Notes: generated from the sequence alone by a model not told the origin. Shown: positions 12,773 through 24,984, counted from the stretch's first letter. The stretch: DNA of 64,000 nt from Eledone cirrhosa (GCA_964016885.1 OZ024746.1:61442001-61506000), one strand, 5' to 3'. Numbers and translations are program-made.

Positions 12773-14400
12773 CAGATTCAGAAGCTCCCGCGTCTTGCGA
12801 CACATGAGGCAATCATAGTGTTCCACCGCGTTCGGTCAGCAGCCAGTTGCACAGTGTCCCGCCATTGTCTGTTTGTCGCTCGCAGGTCCCTCTCAAGTGT
12901 CTGGCTCCAGTTCATTTTGGGTCGCCCTCTCCGTCTGCTTCCCTGTGGGTTCCATTTAAGTACTTGGTTCGCCAGTCTCTCCGGGGGAAGTCTCAAAGCG
13001 TGCCCAAACCAGCCCAGGCGTCGCTTGCAGATGGCAGAAGAGACTAGCTGCTGGTTGGTGCGGTTCCTGACCTCCTGGTTTGTTCCATGGTCACTCCATT
13101 TAATCCCCATGATCTTTCGCAGACACCTGGAATCGAATGTGTCCAACTTCTTCTCTTGGCTGGTCTTAAGGTGCCATGTTTCACTTCCGTACAAGAGTGT
13201 GGACAGCACGTTGCTGTTGTAGAATCTCATCTTTGTTTTGAGGGTGAACTTCCTGCTCTTCCAGATCTTGACAAGCTGGTTAAATGCTGCTGAAGCCTTT
13301 CCCATTCTACATTGCAATTCACTGTCCATGGCGCCCCCATTGTCAATGGAGCTTCCTAGGTAGGTGAAGTTGTCCACTATCTCCACCTCCCCCTGTTCAA
13401 TGAAAACACTAGTTGGTGATGGGTGTGTCACAGATAACATGCTTTTGGTCTTCTTAGCACTGATATTGAGACCTAAGCTTCCTGCTTCGACACTGATATT
13501 GTTCATAATGATTTGCAGGTCAGCTGTGCTCTCTGCAAGTGCAACAATATCGTCCGCAAAGTCCAGGTCAGACAACTTTTGCTCTCCCACCCAAGATATA
13601 CCCTGGTCTTTAGACGCTCTTCTCAGTACCCAGTCAATGGCTATGGCAAAGAGAATTGGAGAGAGCGAGCAACCCTGACGCACACCAGTAACCACCTCAA
13701 ACCAGTCACTGTAACCATCCTCTGTCCGTATGCAGCACTTGGAGTTTGCGTAAATCTGTTTAATTGCCGAAATGACTTTCTGGGGCAGACCATACTCATG
13801 CATGATGCTCCGGAGTGACGGTCGATGAATGCTATCGAATGCTTTGGAGAAATCGATGAAGCTGACGGCGAGGGGCCTCTGGAATTCGTTGTACCTCTCA
13901 ATGATGCGGCGTAGCGTAAAGATCTGCTCTGCACAGGAACGTTTTGATCGGAACCCTGCCTGATGTTCTCGCAGTTCCCGGTCTACCATGCCACGCATGC
14001 GGTTCAGGATCACCAGACAATAGACCTTCCCTGGTATGGAGAGAAGTGTCACTTCCCCCCAGTTGTCACAATCAGCAAGGTTGCCCTTCATGGGGATACA
14101 GACAACCGCTCCGTTTCTCCAATCTTCTGGGACTTCACCCGTGTTCCACACAAGATTACATAAGTGGCCCATCCACTTGACCATGCTTTCACCTCCTGAC
14201 TTCAGCATTTCAGCAGAAATGCCATCCATACCTGGTGACTTGTTATTCTTAAGGGTTTTGATGGCCATGCGGACTTCCTTCTCGGTGAAGTCATCAGTAT
14301 TGATAGGCAACAAACTAGTAGGTTCCTTAGTGTCTGCTGGCACACGTGGCTCCGGTCGGTTGAGGACTTCCTTGAAATGTTCAGCCCATCTGACTAACTA
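12773..14400 (-). mobile_element. Young 5'-truncated RTE-clade LINE
   Basis: GC-rich island; 9-bp TSD aatacatat (12764-12772 / 14401-14409); the frame is open from the truncation point (LVRWAEHFKEVLN) to a stop only 5 bp from the 3' end. Confidence 0.93.
12778..14343 (-). CDS. RTE LINE reverse transcriptase (ORF fragment lacking the endonuclease and a true start codon)
   Basis: Motifs KSPGMDGI, QAGFRSKRS, FIDFSKAFDS, GVRQGCSLSPILF, DLDFADD, FTYLGS, LLYGSETW, RRRGRPK. Confidence 0.9.
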   Translation of the reverse strand: MPADTKEPTSLLPINTDDFTEKEVRMAIKTLKNNKSPGMDGISAEMLKSGGESMVKWMGHLCNLVWNTGEVPEDWRNGAVVCIPMKGNLADCDNWGEVTLLSIPGKVYCLVILNRMRGMVDRELREHQAGFRSKRSCAEQIFTLRRIIERYNEFQRPLAVSFIDFSKAFDSIHRPSLRSIMHEYGLPQKVISAIKQIYANSKCCIRTEDGYSDWFEVVTGVRQGCSLSPILFAIAIDWVLRRASKDQGISWVGEQKLSDLDFADDIVALAESTADLQIIMNNISVEAGSLGLNISAKKTKSMLSVTHPSPTSVFIEQGEVEIVDNFTYLGSSIDNGGAMDSELQCRMGKASAAFNQLVKIWKSRKFTLKTKMRFYNSNVLSTLLYGSETWHLKTSQEKKLDTFDSRCLRKIMGIKWSDHGTNQEVRNRTNQQLVSSAICKRRLGWFGHALRLPPERLANQVLKWNPQGSRRRGRPKMNWSQTLERDLRATNRQWRDTVQLAADRTRWNTMIASCVARRGSF

Positions 14401-14484
14401 AATACATATGGCAAAGTACAAAAGTAATTGGAATATAAAAGAAATATTACTTATATTACTAATTATACTTAAATTACATATATA

Positions 14485-14559
14485 CAGGGTGTCCAAAAAA
14501 TGTATACACACTGCAACAGCATTCTAATAAATATGTGTATACATTTTTGGGACACCCTG
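14485..14559. mobile_element. 75-bp Tc1/mariner-type MITE
   Basis: ta|CAGGGTGTCCAAAAAATGTATACACA ... TGTGTATACATTTTTGGGACACCCTG|ta; ~26-bp TIR and TA TSD. Confidence 0.9.
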
Positions 14560-14714
14560 TATACACAGTATATGCATGCATAACTGTGTCGTTTGGTTTG
14601 TAATTTCTGTTTACTTTTTGCGCGCGCGCGCACACACATACATACATATATCTATATAAATAGGGAGACACAAAGCAGGCTTTGTTTACAAACGGCTAGC
14701 GAAATTGAAAATTA

Positions 14715-15039
14715 GGTAGTAACATGTGCTTACGCCGTATTTGACTACATAGAATTAGTCTGTTAGTTGGGATTTTAAAAATCCTCTGAATGGAAAAAAG
14801 GATAAGTATTGACGTGCATGGGACACGAACCCACATCTTTGGCTTCTAATTGAATGGAAGGAAGCATGGGTGGCTCGTTGGTGTAATGGTAACACATTGG
14901 TCCGGTAAACCAAATATATGGGTTCGTGTCTCATGTGCGACAATGCTCCTCCTTTTTTTCCATTCAGTTTTTTTTTTTAAATCCCAACTAACAGACTAAT
15001 TCTATTTAGTCAAATACGGCGTAAGTATATGTTACTACC
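14715..15039. mobile_element. Inverted-repeat element containing a tRNA-like sequence
   Basis: Arm 14715-14842 is the imperfect reverse complement of 14910-15039; right side abuts a (TG)n/(TA)n tract. Confidence 0.75.
14870..14942 (+). pseudogene. tRNA-like cloverleaf (anticodon GGT), probably element-derived rather than a functional tRNA
   Basis: 73 nt; D-arm tggtgtaatgg, anticodon arm ttggt-ccGGTaa-accaa, T-arm atggg-ttcgtgt-ctcat; acceptor stem has 2 mismatches. Confidence 0.6.
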
Positions 15040-15040
15040 A

Positions 15041-15074
<34 letters not shown>

Positions 15075-15519
15075 CATACATACATACATCAAAATTTGCA
15101 AAACATTCTTGCGATTCAAGGGATGACAATTTCTTTTCTTTTACAACCTTGCCACCAGGAAGGTGGCCGGTCAAAAAAATATACTCGAAATTAAGAGAAA
15201 GAGAAAACATACATACATACATACATACATACCCACCCACCGACACATGTACTATTCGTAGACTTGATGTATTGTTTAATCAGTATTCTTCAAGAGCTCA
15301 ACTAGCGGTATATAAATGATTGAAAGTAGTAAGACAGCTGCCGAGTAAAACCTCGTATTTCCTTACTATTACCGTTCCATTTCTGTGTTATACAATATAC
15401 CACTCTACTTCTATTCAGTGGAACAAACAATGTATGCATTTAAAAGAAGACATAGTTACAAGTAAGAACGAGCTGTGTCAAGATTCGAAGAGCATATAGT
15501 AACAGTTTTCTAATTTAGA

Positions 15520-15702
15520 CACCATGCCAGCAAATTCGATTAGATCGATCCTTAGCGCTTGACTGGTTCTTTATTTTCCCAACCTCGGAAAGATGAAAGG
15601 CAAAGTTGACAACAGCGGAGTTTGAACTCAGAACGTAAAGGGCAGGGATAAATGCGCCGTAAAGCATAATGTCCGACACGTCAGTGATTCTGGCAATCCA
15701 CA
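15520..15702 (-). mobile_element. Older SINE family A copy
   Basis: gatgaaaggcaaagttgac...tttgaactcagaacgtaaag, diverged. Confidence 0.75.
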
Positions 15703-15783
15703 TTATGGATTCTGCTTTAATGGATGGGGAAAAAAATAATTAATTTGAGATAGTTTATTACAAGACGTTCCTTTGAAAATAAT

Positions 15784-15970
15784 TGTTTCTACTTTTGGCA
15801 CAAGGCCAGCAAATAACCCAGTGCATTACTGGTACTTTATTTTATCAACCCCCGTAAGGATGGAAGGCAAAGTTAACCTCGGCGGGATTTGAACTCAGAT
15901 TGGAAAGGGCTGTAACTCTGTGCATCAAAGCATGGCGTCCGACCCGCTACCGATACTGCCAATCCACCAC
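15784..15970 (-). mobile_element. SINE family A, full length
   Basis: 14-bp TSD cctttgaaaataat (15770-15783 / 15971-15984). Confidence 0.9.
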
Positions 15971-16211
15971 CCTTTGAAAATAATAAAGAGATATAGTAAT
16001 GACATTGGGGAGGGGAGAGATAAAGATAATAAATCAGTAAGAGATGATTAAGGATTAGTAAATATATAAATTAAGTCGTGTACAAACGTATGACATGTAT
16101 CTCGACAATGGACAATACAAGTCATACACACGATGTTGCTAGTGATTAGATGTTCATATTAAGTCTCCCTACTATCAACCATCTTTGTTGTGTTTATTAT
16201 CTATCAGACCA

Positions 16212-16670
16212 GGGTGGTGGGTGGATTGGCAGGCAGTATCGGTAGACCGTCGGACAACATGCTTCATTATGGCTTATAGTTTTACGTTCTGAGTTCAAAT
16301 CTCGCCGGGGTTAATTTTGCTTTTCATCCTTAAGGGGTCGATAAAATAAAGTACCAGTAACGTACTGAGGTCGATTTAATCGACTTTCCCCTCCCCCAAA
16401 ATTACTGGCCTTGTGCCTATACTAGATATCATTATCTATCAGATTTAGGGCGGTGGATTGGCAGGCAGTATCGGTAGACCATCGGACAACATGCTTTGTT
16501 ACGGCATATAATTACGGCCTTTTACGTTCTGAGTTCGAACCTCGCCGAGGTTAGCTTTGCTTTTCATCCTTACGGTCGATAAAATAAAGCACCGGTAATG
16601 CACTGGGTCGATTTAATCGTCTTTCCCCTCCACCAAAGTTGTTGACTTTGTGCCTAAATCAGAAACCATA
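16212..16670 (+). mobile_element. Two tandem SINE family A copies (longer subfamily with an extra gtcgatttaatcgac segment)
   Basis: Copies at ~16212-16430 and ~16448-16670, each preceded by attatctatcaga; both share a ggcaggcag duplication in the head. Confidence 0.88.
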
Positions 16671-16683
16671 ATGTATATATATA

Positions 16684-17047
16684 TATATATTGGTAAACGG
16701 AATAGAAAATGCTGACAAATTGTTCACAGTTGAAAAATGGTTTAATTAGGAATAAAAGAATATTAGTAATTGTATGGGTTAGTATTCAGTTGTGGTTTTA
16801 AGTTTTTAAGTTTTTACCGGAGCAAACAGCACGGACACTCTGTCTCAAAATTATTTTTGAAAACCATTTAGAAATGCGCAACCGGTAAAAACTTAAAAAC
16901 TTAAAACCACAACTGAATACTAACCCATACAATTACTAATACTCTTTTATTCCTAATTAAACCATTTTTCAACTGTGAACAATTTGTCAGCATTTTCTAT
17001 TCCGTTTACCAATATATAATAACTTGTGTGTTACACCTCTATTCTTT

Positions 17048-17050
<3 letters not shown>
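16684..17050. mobile_element. Inverted-repeat element in (TA)n with degenerate hammerhead (16854-16890); Penelope-like terminus
   Basis: 16684-16820 is the reverse complement of 16882-17018; the spacer contains uuuUUGAAAA cca..ugc GcAA CCGG UA aaa, similar to the motif at 55250-55285. Confidence 0.7.
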
Positions 17051-17111
<61 letters not shown>

Positions 17112-17114
<3 letters not shown>

Positions 17115-17472
17115 TAAGAATAAAGGAACAAAGAATCAGTGTTGCATCATAACATATTACATATTTCACAGTCGATCAGCTCGAGGAACGATCTATTATC
17201 GAAAGATCCTCAGATATGCCTCAGTATGTAAGCTCGTCTCTGATTTTGTGCGAATATCTCCATTACCTTGTTATATTTAGCACATTCCAACAACGTGGTA
17301 TTCTACGTTATCCATCCTAAAATCGGTTTATTTACAAAATAACGCCTATCCCTATGCGCGCGAGCATCGAGTGCTCACCCGGCATACCGCCTACGGACGC
17401 AATCATCTTGCAGCTATACACCTATATATATAATCCTTATCGAGCTCTCTTCGGATTTTACTCTTCACATTT
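17112..17472 (-). mobile_element. CpG-rich 360-bp element inserted in (TA)n, hammerhead-bearing
   Basis: TA arrays on both sides; hammerhead near its 3' end on the - strand. Confidence 0.65.
17151..17220 (-). ncRNA. Type I hammerhead ribozyme with long stem II
   Basis: ggcauau CUGAGGA uc-uu-ucgau...aucga-cu-gu GAAA uaug UA auauguu: 7-bp stem I, intact core. Confidence 0.7.
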
Positions 17473-17493
17473 ATATATATATATATATATATA

Positions 17494-17681
17494 TAATTGT
17501 TTCTACTTTTGGCACAAGGCCAGCAATTACCCAGTGCATTACTGGTACTTTATTTTATCGACTCCGTAAGGATGAAAGGCAAAGTTAACCTCGACGGGAT
17601 TTGAACTCAGACTGTAAAGGGACGTAACTGTGCTGGAAAGCATCGCGTCCGACCCTTTACCGATACTACCAATTCACCGCC

Positions 17682-17729
<48 letters not shown>

Positions 17730-17917
17730 GTTTTTACTTTTGGCACAAGGCCAGCAATTATTCCCGTGTATTACTGGTACTTTATTTTATCGACCCCGTA
17801 AGGATGAAAGGCAAAGTTAACCTCGGCGGGATTTGAACTCGGTCCTCCGTAAAGGGACGTAACTGTGCTGCAAAGCATGGCGTCCGACCCTCTACCGATA
17901 CTGCCAATCCACCGCCC
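17494..17917 (-). mobile_element. Two full SINE family A copies separated by (TA)n
   Basis: ~17494-17683 and ~17725-17917, both reverse complements of 4611-4799. Confidence 0.9.
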
Positions 17918-18149
17918 TAATGGGCATCGAAACGGTTTAAGCTTGACAGTCGGACTCATCAATCTATAAACATATCTGCACCCTACTTTCCTTAAGTAAG
18001 TAGTACTGAGTTGAAGAGTAGTCTTTGTCTTAACTAGTAACATCTTCTCCACCTCTCTCATATATATATATATATATATACACACACATACATAGATACA
18101 TATATATAATTTATATATGTATGCAAAATACATATAATATATATATGTA

Positions 18150-18345
18150 TGGAAAAAGTAAACAGAAATAACAAAGCAAACGACACAGTACAATGAAGAA
18201 ATATATTAGTTTAATGCTTGATATAGTGGGAAAAAAGTATTAACATTTCGGATACTAGTCCTTCCCCAGAAGATAGAATAATAAATAAAAGATGAACTAG
18301 AAAGATGGAGTGTGAGTAGAGGAAGGAACAGGAAACAATGTTTTT
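18150..18345 (-). mobile_element. Penelope-like terminal fragment (family E), degenerate hammerhead
   Basis: - strand cuggggaaggacuaguauccgaaauguu; homologous to 40540-40700, 44870-45030 and 47040-47200. Confidence 0.6.
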
Positions 18346-18363
18346 TTATAAAAAAATAACGCA

Positions 18364-18437
<74 letters not shown>

Positions 18438-18459
18438 ACTAAATAACCCAGAAGTCCTC

Positions 18460-20562
18460 TATTTTCTAGTTTCTTCTACATTTGATATTTCTTTATTAAT
18501 TTTTCAAGTGATTAAGCTATGAGAACTAGGCCGTAGGCATACAGAATTTTCTACGAACAGCCAGTCTTAAACTCTTCTGTCACGGTCTGTAGAACTACAA
18601 TCAACAGGTGAGGGCTGAAAACCGAGTGAGGAGGGATATCTATGTACATGCTAAGCATTTCTCAGAACTCGTTACTAACTCATACCTCGTTGATTGCTTC
18701 TATCTATATGGTTTGCACAACTCTAACAAGCGATTAACAAGCGATTTATCTACGCCTAATTTTCTTAACGTCCACTAGATTACAGAGTGTGGTAGTATGT
18801 TAAAGAATACTAACTATAGTGGCTTGCAGTTTGCTAAGAACCTCTGCAATTGTCTTAGTTACATGATAGCATCAGTTTTCTCCAGCCCTAGCACAAACCC
18901 TTCAAACTCCATCATATCTAAGTTATTTTTCTTCTTAATTGGTTGCGCTATAACTTTGTCGCTACGATGAATTGGCAGAGGCAATAAAACGTCGAATAGA
19001 ATGATTGGTGGTATTTGTTCTGGCTGTCTGAGTTTCACGTTGCTCCAGTTAATTTAGCTGTATCGGTCATTGCCTTTCCTTTGGACAACATCGATGTCGT
19101 GGAGAGGGGAGACAAGTCTGCATGGGCAACTGCTGATCTTCAATAAAAAAAAAACTAAAAAAAACTTGCCCGGACGTGCCACGGAGAGGAAACTTTCTTG
19201 GTGCAAATCCCATGGTCATTTGTGACCGAAAGGGTTCTTTATCCTTTAAAGCCCCAATGTCATGTCATAACTCGGTTTCTTGCTCAACTTGGTCCATGAG
19301 TTTGGTTTCTCAATGATTGCTTCTTTCTAGAGTATTTCATTTGGTCTTGTAGCTGTTGATTATAATACTTACACACCAGTCGTTGTAAACGACCATTTCC
19401 TGTAATACCTGATAAATTCGCAAGTGAACAGTGCACCCTACTTCGTTAGATATGTTCAACATCTCAGTAAATATCTGGCCTCTTTCCCTGTCTTCATTCC
19501 ATTAACGTCCGTTTCTACTGAATAACCGCCAACTTCAATCGATGCTCCCTCTGTCGAATCTATCTGGAATACTTCCTCTGACTCTCGAGCATTTTCCTCA
19601 CTCAACATTCTCTCGTAATAGCAATTCATACTTCTTTCTTCTCGGCATTAGTAATGGTGAGTACGCGCTGCTATCATTACGTACAGACCTCTTACGCTCC
19701 TGATCTTTACAAAGCAGAACATTGCCAAACCTCATACTCTTCACTCGTCCCTTTGCAAAGTGTATCTGATGTCGACATTATCTTCAAGCTGCCTCATACT
19801 ATATTCTGCTCTCGTTTTTCTTGCTTTCTTTTCAAGCCTGTCTTAACTTTTATTGGTCTACCTAACTTACCATTTCACGTTATCATTTGTTTGGTTGGAT
19901 CTTCGTTCCATCAACAGATGTGGTCTGTGATTCACAGCAAGTTGTCTTGTAAAAACCCCAGTTGTGTTTTAAGCTACAAAGATCTTTTTTTTTTCTTCTC
20001 TTCCTCCACGTCACCTAATACTCCTTTGAAACTATGACTGACCGAAGGGTCTTTGAACTTCCATATATATTTTTCTACTCCGGTTGTCTTGTCTCTCTTT
20101 CTTTCTCTCTTGCTTTGATCTCACTCATTGCTCACCATGTGCACAACCATCTATCTATATATATCTTTTCCTGGTGATTATGAAGTCTCTCTGGCTTGCA
20201 CGTTTACCTGAGTGATATGTGATGGGTGGCTGGTTGGCCAGTTTCTTGTTACAAATTATTAGATCATTCGCATCAGAGAACGCCAAGAACACTGATCCCC
20301 ATTTATTCAACATACAATAACCATAATCTCCATATACAACGAAATAATCATCATGGTGGCCAACACGTCTGTTAACGTCACTTGCCATGATAACGAGGTC
20401 GTTGTAGTCTGTTATCGATGTCGTCTGCAAGAAGATCTAGAAACTGTCCTTTTGTTCATCACCTGATTGTGGTGCATATGCAGAGATCACTTTAGTTGTG
20501 TTGCCGATGACTAGTCTAAGCTTAATTATTCTGTCACATACTCTGACTTTATCAATTTCTCT
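18460..20562 (-). pseudogene. Heavily decayed RTE LINE (endonuclease plus RT remnants) interrupted by SINE fragments at ~18960-19250
   Basis: - strand remnants RVCDRIIKLRLVIG, VISAYAPQSG, SQRDFIITRK, YAYGLVLIA; resembles the family at 11308-12322. Confidence 0.8.
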
Positions 20563-21695
20563 GTGTATATACACACACATATATGTGTGTACGCGCGCGC
20601 ATATACTCGTTTTAACATAGAAACGTATGCATGCCATTTACGTGTGGTAATTTATATACATAGACATGTATTTGAATATAAACAGCACATCATATACATA
20701 TACATAGCACATCATACACACGGTATTAACGAAAACAGTGTAGATTGGCTTTCTTTGCAGCACGAACATTTTATTTAGCGCCCGATACACATTTATAAGG
20801 AAAAGGTGTGGAGTAGTCGGTGTATGTCTGTCTATTTTTACACACACAAACACATTCACCCAGCTTAGCCATTCACCAATGCAGACACAAGTTCTCCAAC
20901 TGCCAACCAACACTAGCCAGTCCACATAGCACTTCTATTCATCATCACTTTCCCATAGTTCCTTTCTTCTGTCTGGTCACTGCCAACCAACAGACCATGT
21001 CTCTCTGTCTGTTTGTCTGTCTACCCCAGTAACTATATAGGGCTGATTCGATTAGGACACACATACACACTGACCCCTAATCGCTCTATTTTTGGTGTCT
21101 TTCTGTCGCGTTGAGCCTTATACTATAACCTACTGTCTATATTTACAAATCAACTTGTTATTCATTCCTTGTTTTAGTTTCAACCTCTTTGGTTGTGGCC
21201 ATGCTGTTGTTACATCACACAATTGTAAAATGTGTATGTGTGTGCAAACACACACACACTGACATTATTCTTAAAAACAAACGCATACACACTGCAAACA
21301 CACATTAACATGACCCCCCCCCCCCGCATACACACTGCACACCACACGCCTCACATACACACACATATATATGTATACATACACTGACACACAAACACAT
21401 ACACACACGTACACACATTGACATTATTAAAAAAACATGCATATACTACACACCACACACTCACACACAAACACAACAGACACACGCATAATGGGTTTTC
21501 GATGAAAATGATAATCAAATATACTGTGTCAATATCGATCATGATGGGGCCTTTAACATTTAGATTTGATTTTACGTAAGAGATAAATCGGATGTTGTGG
21601 CGTGCATCCCTTTTCGCAGCTAGCTAACTGTAACTGTTCCAACTACATGTAATAAATATTGCTATTCATTTTATTTTATTTTTTTTAAAGATATT

Positions 21696-21739
<44 letters not shown>

Positions 21740-22772
21740 AGTGGGGATGTGTATATATATATGTATGCGTGGGGCGTGTATATGTGTATATGTATGTATA
21801 TATGTATCTATGTATGTGAAGTGTTTTCGCGTGTGCGCGTGACAGAGTTTGCTAATTGTTTGTGTAATGTGTGGGTGTCTGTGCTTTGTGTAGCGTTAGT
21901 GTACCTTTTTCATTTGTGTGTGTGTGTGTGTTTTCTTTTGAATAATAATTTTCTACTTTTGGCACAAGGCTAGCAATTAAACAGTGTATTACTGGTACTT
22001 TATTTCATCGACTCCGTAAGGATGAAAGGCAAAATAATATCAGTGTGTATAAGTGTTTTTTTTTAAATTAATAATGTCAGTGTGTGTGTGTCTGTGTATC
22101 TATATGCGTAAGTGGGTGTGTGGAGTGCGGCGTATACGTGTTTATTTAAAATAATAATGTCAATGTGTATGTTTGCATGTGTAGTTTGCAGTATGTATGC
22201 GTTTAAAAAAAAAATATCTGTGTGTGTGCGTTCTTGTTTTAAAATAATTATGTCAGTGTGTGTGTGATGTGCAGTGTGTGTGTAGTAATGTAGTGTGTGT
22301 TTGGTGTGTGTGATGTAATGTGATGTAATATATATAGTTAAGTGTGATATCACTGTCTTGGCTGTGTATGTGTAATGTCTGCATTTAGTGTGGTCTGTGA
22401 TGCGATATGGTTTCTCTGATGTAGTAAGTATGGTGTCCGTATATGTGTGATATGAGATGTAGTGAGTATAATGTTGTATATTGATATATCTATGCTACAG
22501 GGCTTTCCCTCGCCCAGTTGCTTCACACATATATACTGTAGTGTAGTGTAAAAACAAGTTGTATTGCTGGCAGACGACATCGTTTGACCAACGAGCTGTC
22601 CGAATATCGGCCATTGCAGCCGAATTGTAGCTGTCTGTTTTGTCTGGACTGATGTAGAACTGTCGCGACAGCCTCCTCCTCCCCCAATTCCTGGTCAACA
22701 CACACACACAAACGTATTATATCATTTTCGGCACACGTACATATACATACTCACTCAGCCGGCTCATAAACT

Positions 22773-22808
<36 letters not shown>

Positions 22809-22830
22809 CACATTCACATCGTTCCCGGGA

Positions 22831-22891
<61 letters not shown>

Positions 22892-23421
22892 TTGCCTGAT
22901 ACCTTAGACACCTACACACACTGACATACTTATATACTGACATACTTACACACTGACATACTTAAGATATACTGAGACATACATACACAGATGTATGCAT
23001 GACCACACACACACACATACATTGATATTTCCAAAAAAAGCATATAATAACGCATTGATATGCTTTCAACATATACAATCGCACACACACTCACACACAT
23101 ACATATACATGCATCAACTCAGATAAACACACACTGCATAGATCCTGTATATTTAACACCATATTCCCATCACCGGCGCCACCACCATTACTTGTTACGC
23201 ACCATAGCCACAAGTTTCCTCTCACTCTCTTTTTCTCCCCACAAACGGGTAGCAGCGATAGATTGATAGATATATAAATTGATTGATTTTTTTTATAAAA
23301 GGCAATACACACACACATACATACATATATAGATACATACACACATACATACGTGGAAATATATGCACACACACATGCATTCAATCACATATACATACAT
23401 ATACACAAACACACATAATAC

Positions 23422-23484
<63 letters not shown>

Positions 23485-23499
23485 TGTATATCATCATAT

Positions 23500-23705
23500 C
23501 CCAACTACACCTTCCACGTTTAACACCGAAGAAGCTTGACCTGTTAGAAGTAGTAGCGAAATCTCCCTCAAATCACACACTGCCGTCTCAAGGGAAAGGA
23601 ATGGACATATTGGATAATATAGTCACATACCCCTAAAAATGATGGAATGGTTACGGCTGGATTGCTTTTGTTGATAGGTCTGCTCGATCGGAGCTAAGCC
23701 TTGTA
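23500..23705. repeat. Dispersed old repeat family (also ~2400-2480, 2790-2890, 31550-31700, 53640-53940, 62140-62250)
   Basis: Shared motif gaccNgctagaaatagcagccaaatctccctcaaatcacac...ttggataatNtagtc. Confidence 0.6.
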
Positions 23706-23964
23706 AAGTAACCACTATAGACACCTTACCCACATACATATTTATATGCAACACACATACACTACACTCGTTTTTATAGTATACACCACATTTCCTTACA
23801 CAATTCATTTGTATCAAATTCATTATATACCTATACAATATAATCACATACATTTACATGTACAATACACACACATATACACAAACACACACATATATAT
23901 ATACTAAATGGAAATAAATATTGATATTGTTTTGTACTGTGTTTGTTATGTATAGACACACACC

Positions 23965-24025
<61 letters not shown>

Positions 24026-24109
24026 TAATGGAATGCAACATGTACACTAGCCATCCGGTGCGCCTTAGTGGTGAGCTGGTTGTGTAGGCTGTGTGTGCGC
24101 GTGTGTGTG

Positions 24110-24270
24110 ACTATGACGGTGTTGTGTGTGTGAGACGATGACGGTGTTGTGTGTGTGTGAGACGATGATGGCTGTGTGTATATGTCTGTGTGACTATGAC
24201 GGCTGTGTGTATGTGTCTGTGTGACTATGACGGCTATGTGTATGTGTCTGTGTGACTATGACGGCTGTGT
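24110..24270. repeat. Minisatellite gactatgacggctgtgtgtatgtgtctgtgt
   Basis: About 6 tandem units. Confidence 0.85.
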
Positions 24271-24984
24271 ATGTGTATGTGTGTGTGCTGCAGAGACTTG
24301 TTGGGCAACAAACGGATTGCTATCAGCGGCTCAGCTATACTATTTAGTAGCGGTGGATATTATGTATGTATGTACGTGAGTGTGTATGTGAGTATGTCTG
24401 CTTGTATGTATGTGTACAATTGTGTGTGTTCTCTGAGACATATTCAGACGCACGCACTTACTCGCTCAGGCACGTACGGGAGGCGAGGTAGGAGAAGGTG
24501 ATGTGAATAGGAAAGATAGTTTGTGTGTGTGTGTGTGTGAATGTTGGTGTGTATGGTATGTATATGTGTATGTGGGTGTATGTTCGTGCCTGCGTGTATG
24601 TTTATCTGCATGCTTGCGTGTATGTGTGTTTGTGTATGTTCATGTCTGTGTGTATGATCGTGCCAGCATGTAATATGTAGGTGATTATGATTGTGATTGC
24701 GTGTATGTGCATGTATGTGTGTGGGTGGGTGTTCGTGCCTTCGTGTATGCGTGTGTGTGTGTGTGTGTATTTTTTTATATATATATTTCGTGATACACAT
24801 AGAAGGTGAGGATGGGCCGAAAGAAAGAGAGTGAGAGGGGGAAACTAGAGAGAAAGAGAGAACAACGAGTGCGTGTACGCTGTATGTGCTAGCGTGTGAC
24901 TTATGAAAGAAAAAAAAAAGAAAGAAAGAAGTGGAGAGAAGGAAAGAAGCAGGTTTGGGCGACACCACGAGCTTTATATCGGAT

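Noticed and set aside
12818-14401. + strand ORFs overlapping the RTE (and - strand ORFs over 48036-48931)
   Set aside because: Antisense shadows of the LINE coding frames.
14870-14942. Functional tRNA-Thr(GGT) gene
   Set aside because: Mismatched acceptor stem, C instead of U33, a G34 Thr anticodon atypical for eukaryotes, and it is embedded in an inverted repeat.
20807-21219. Possible solo LTR (TGTGGAGTA...TACATCACA, TATA-like tatataggg)
   Set aside because: Terminal repeat is imperfect, there is no matching TSD (aaagg versus caatt) and no second copy in the window.
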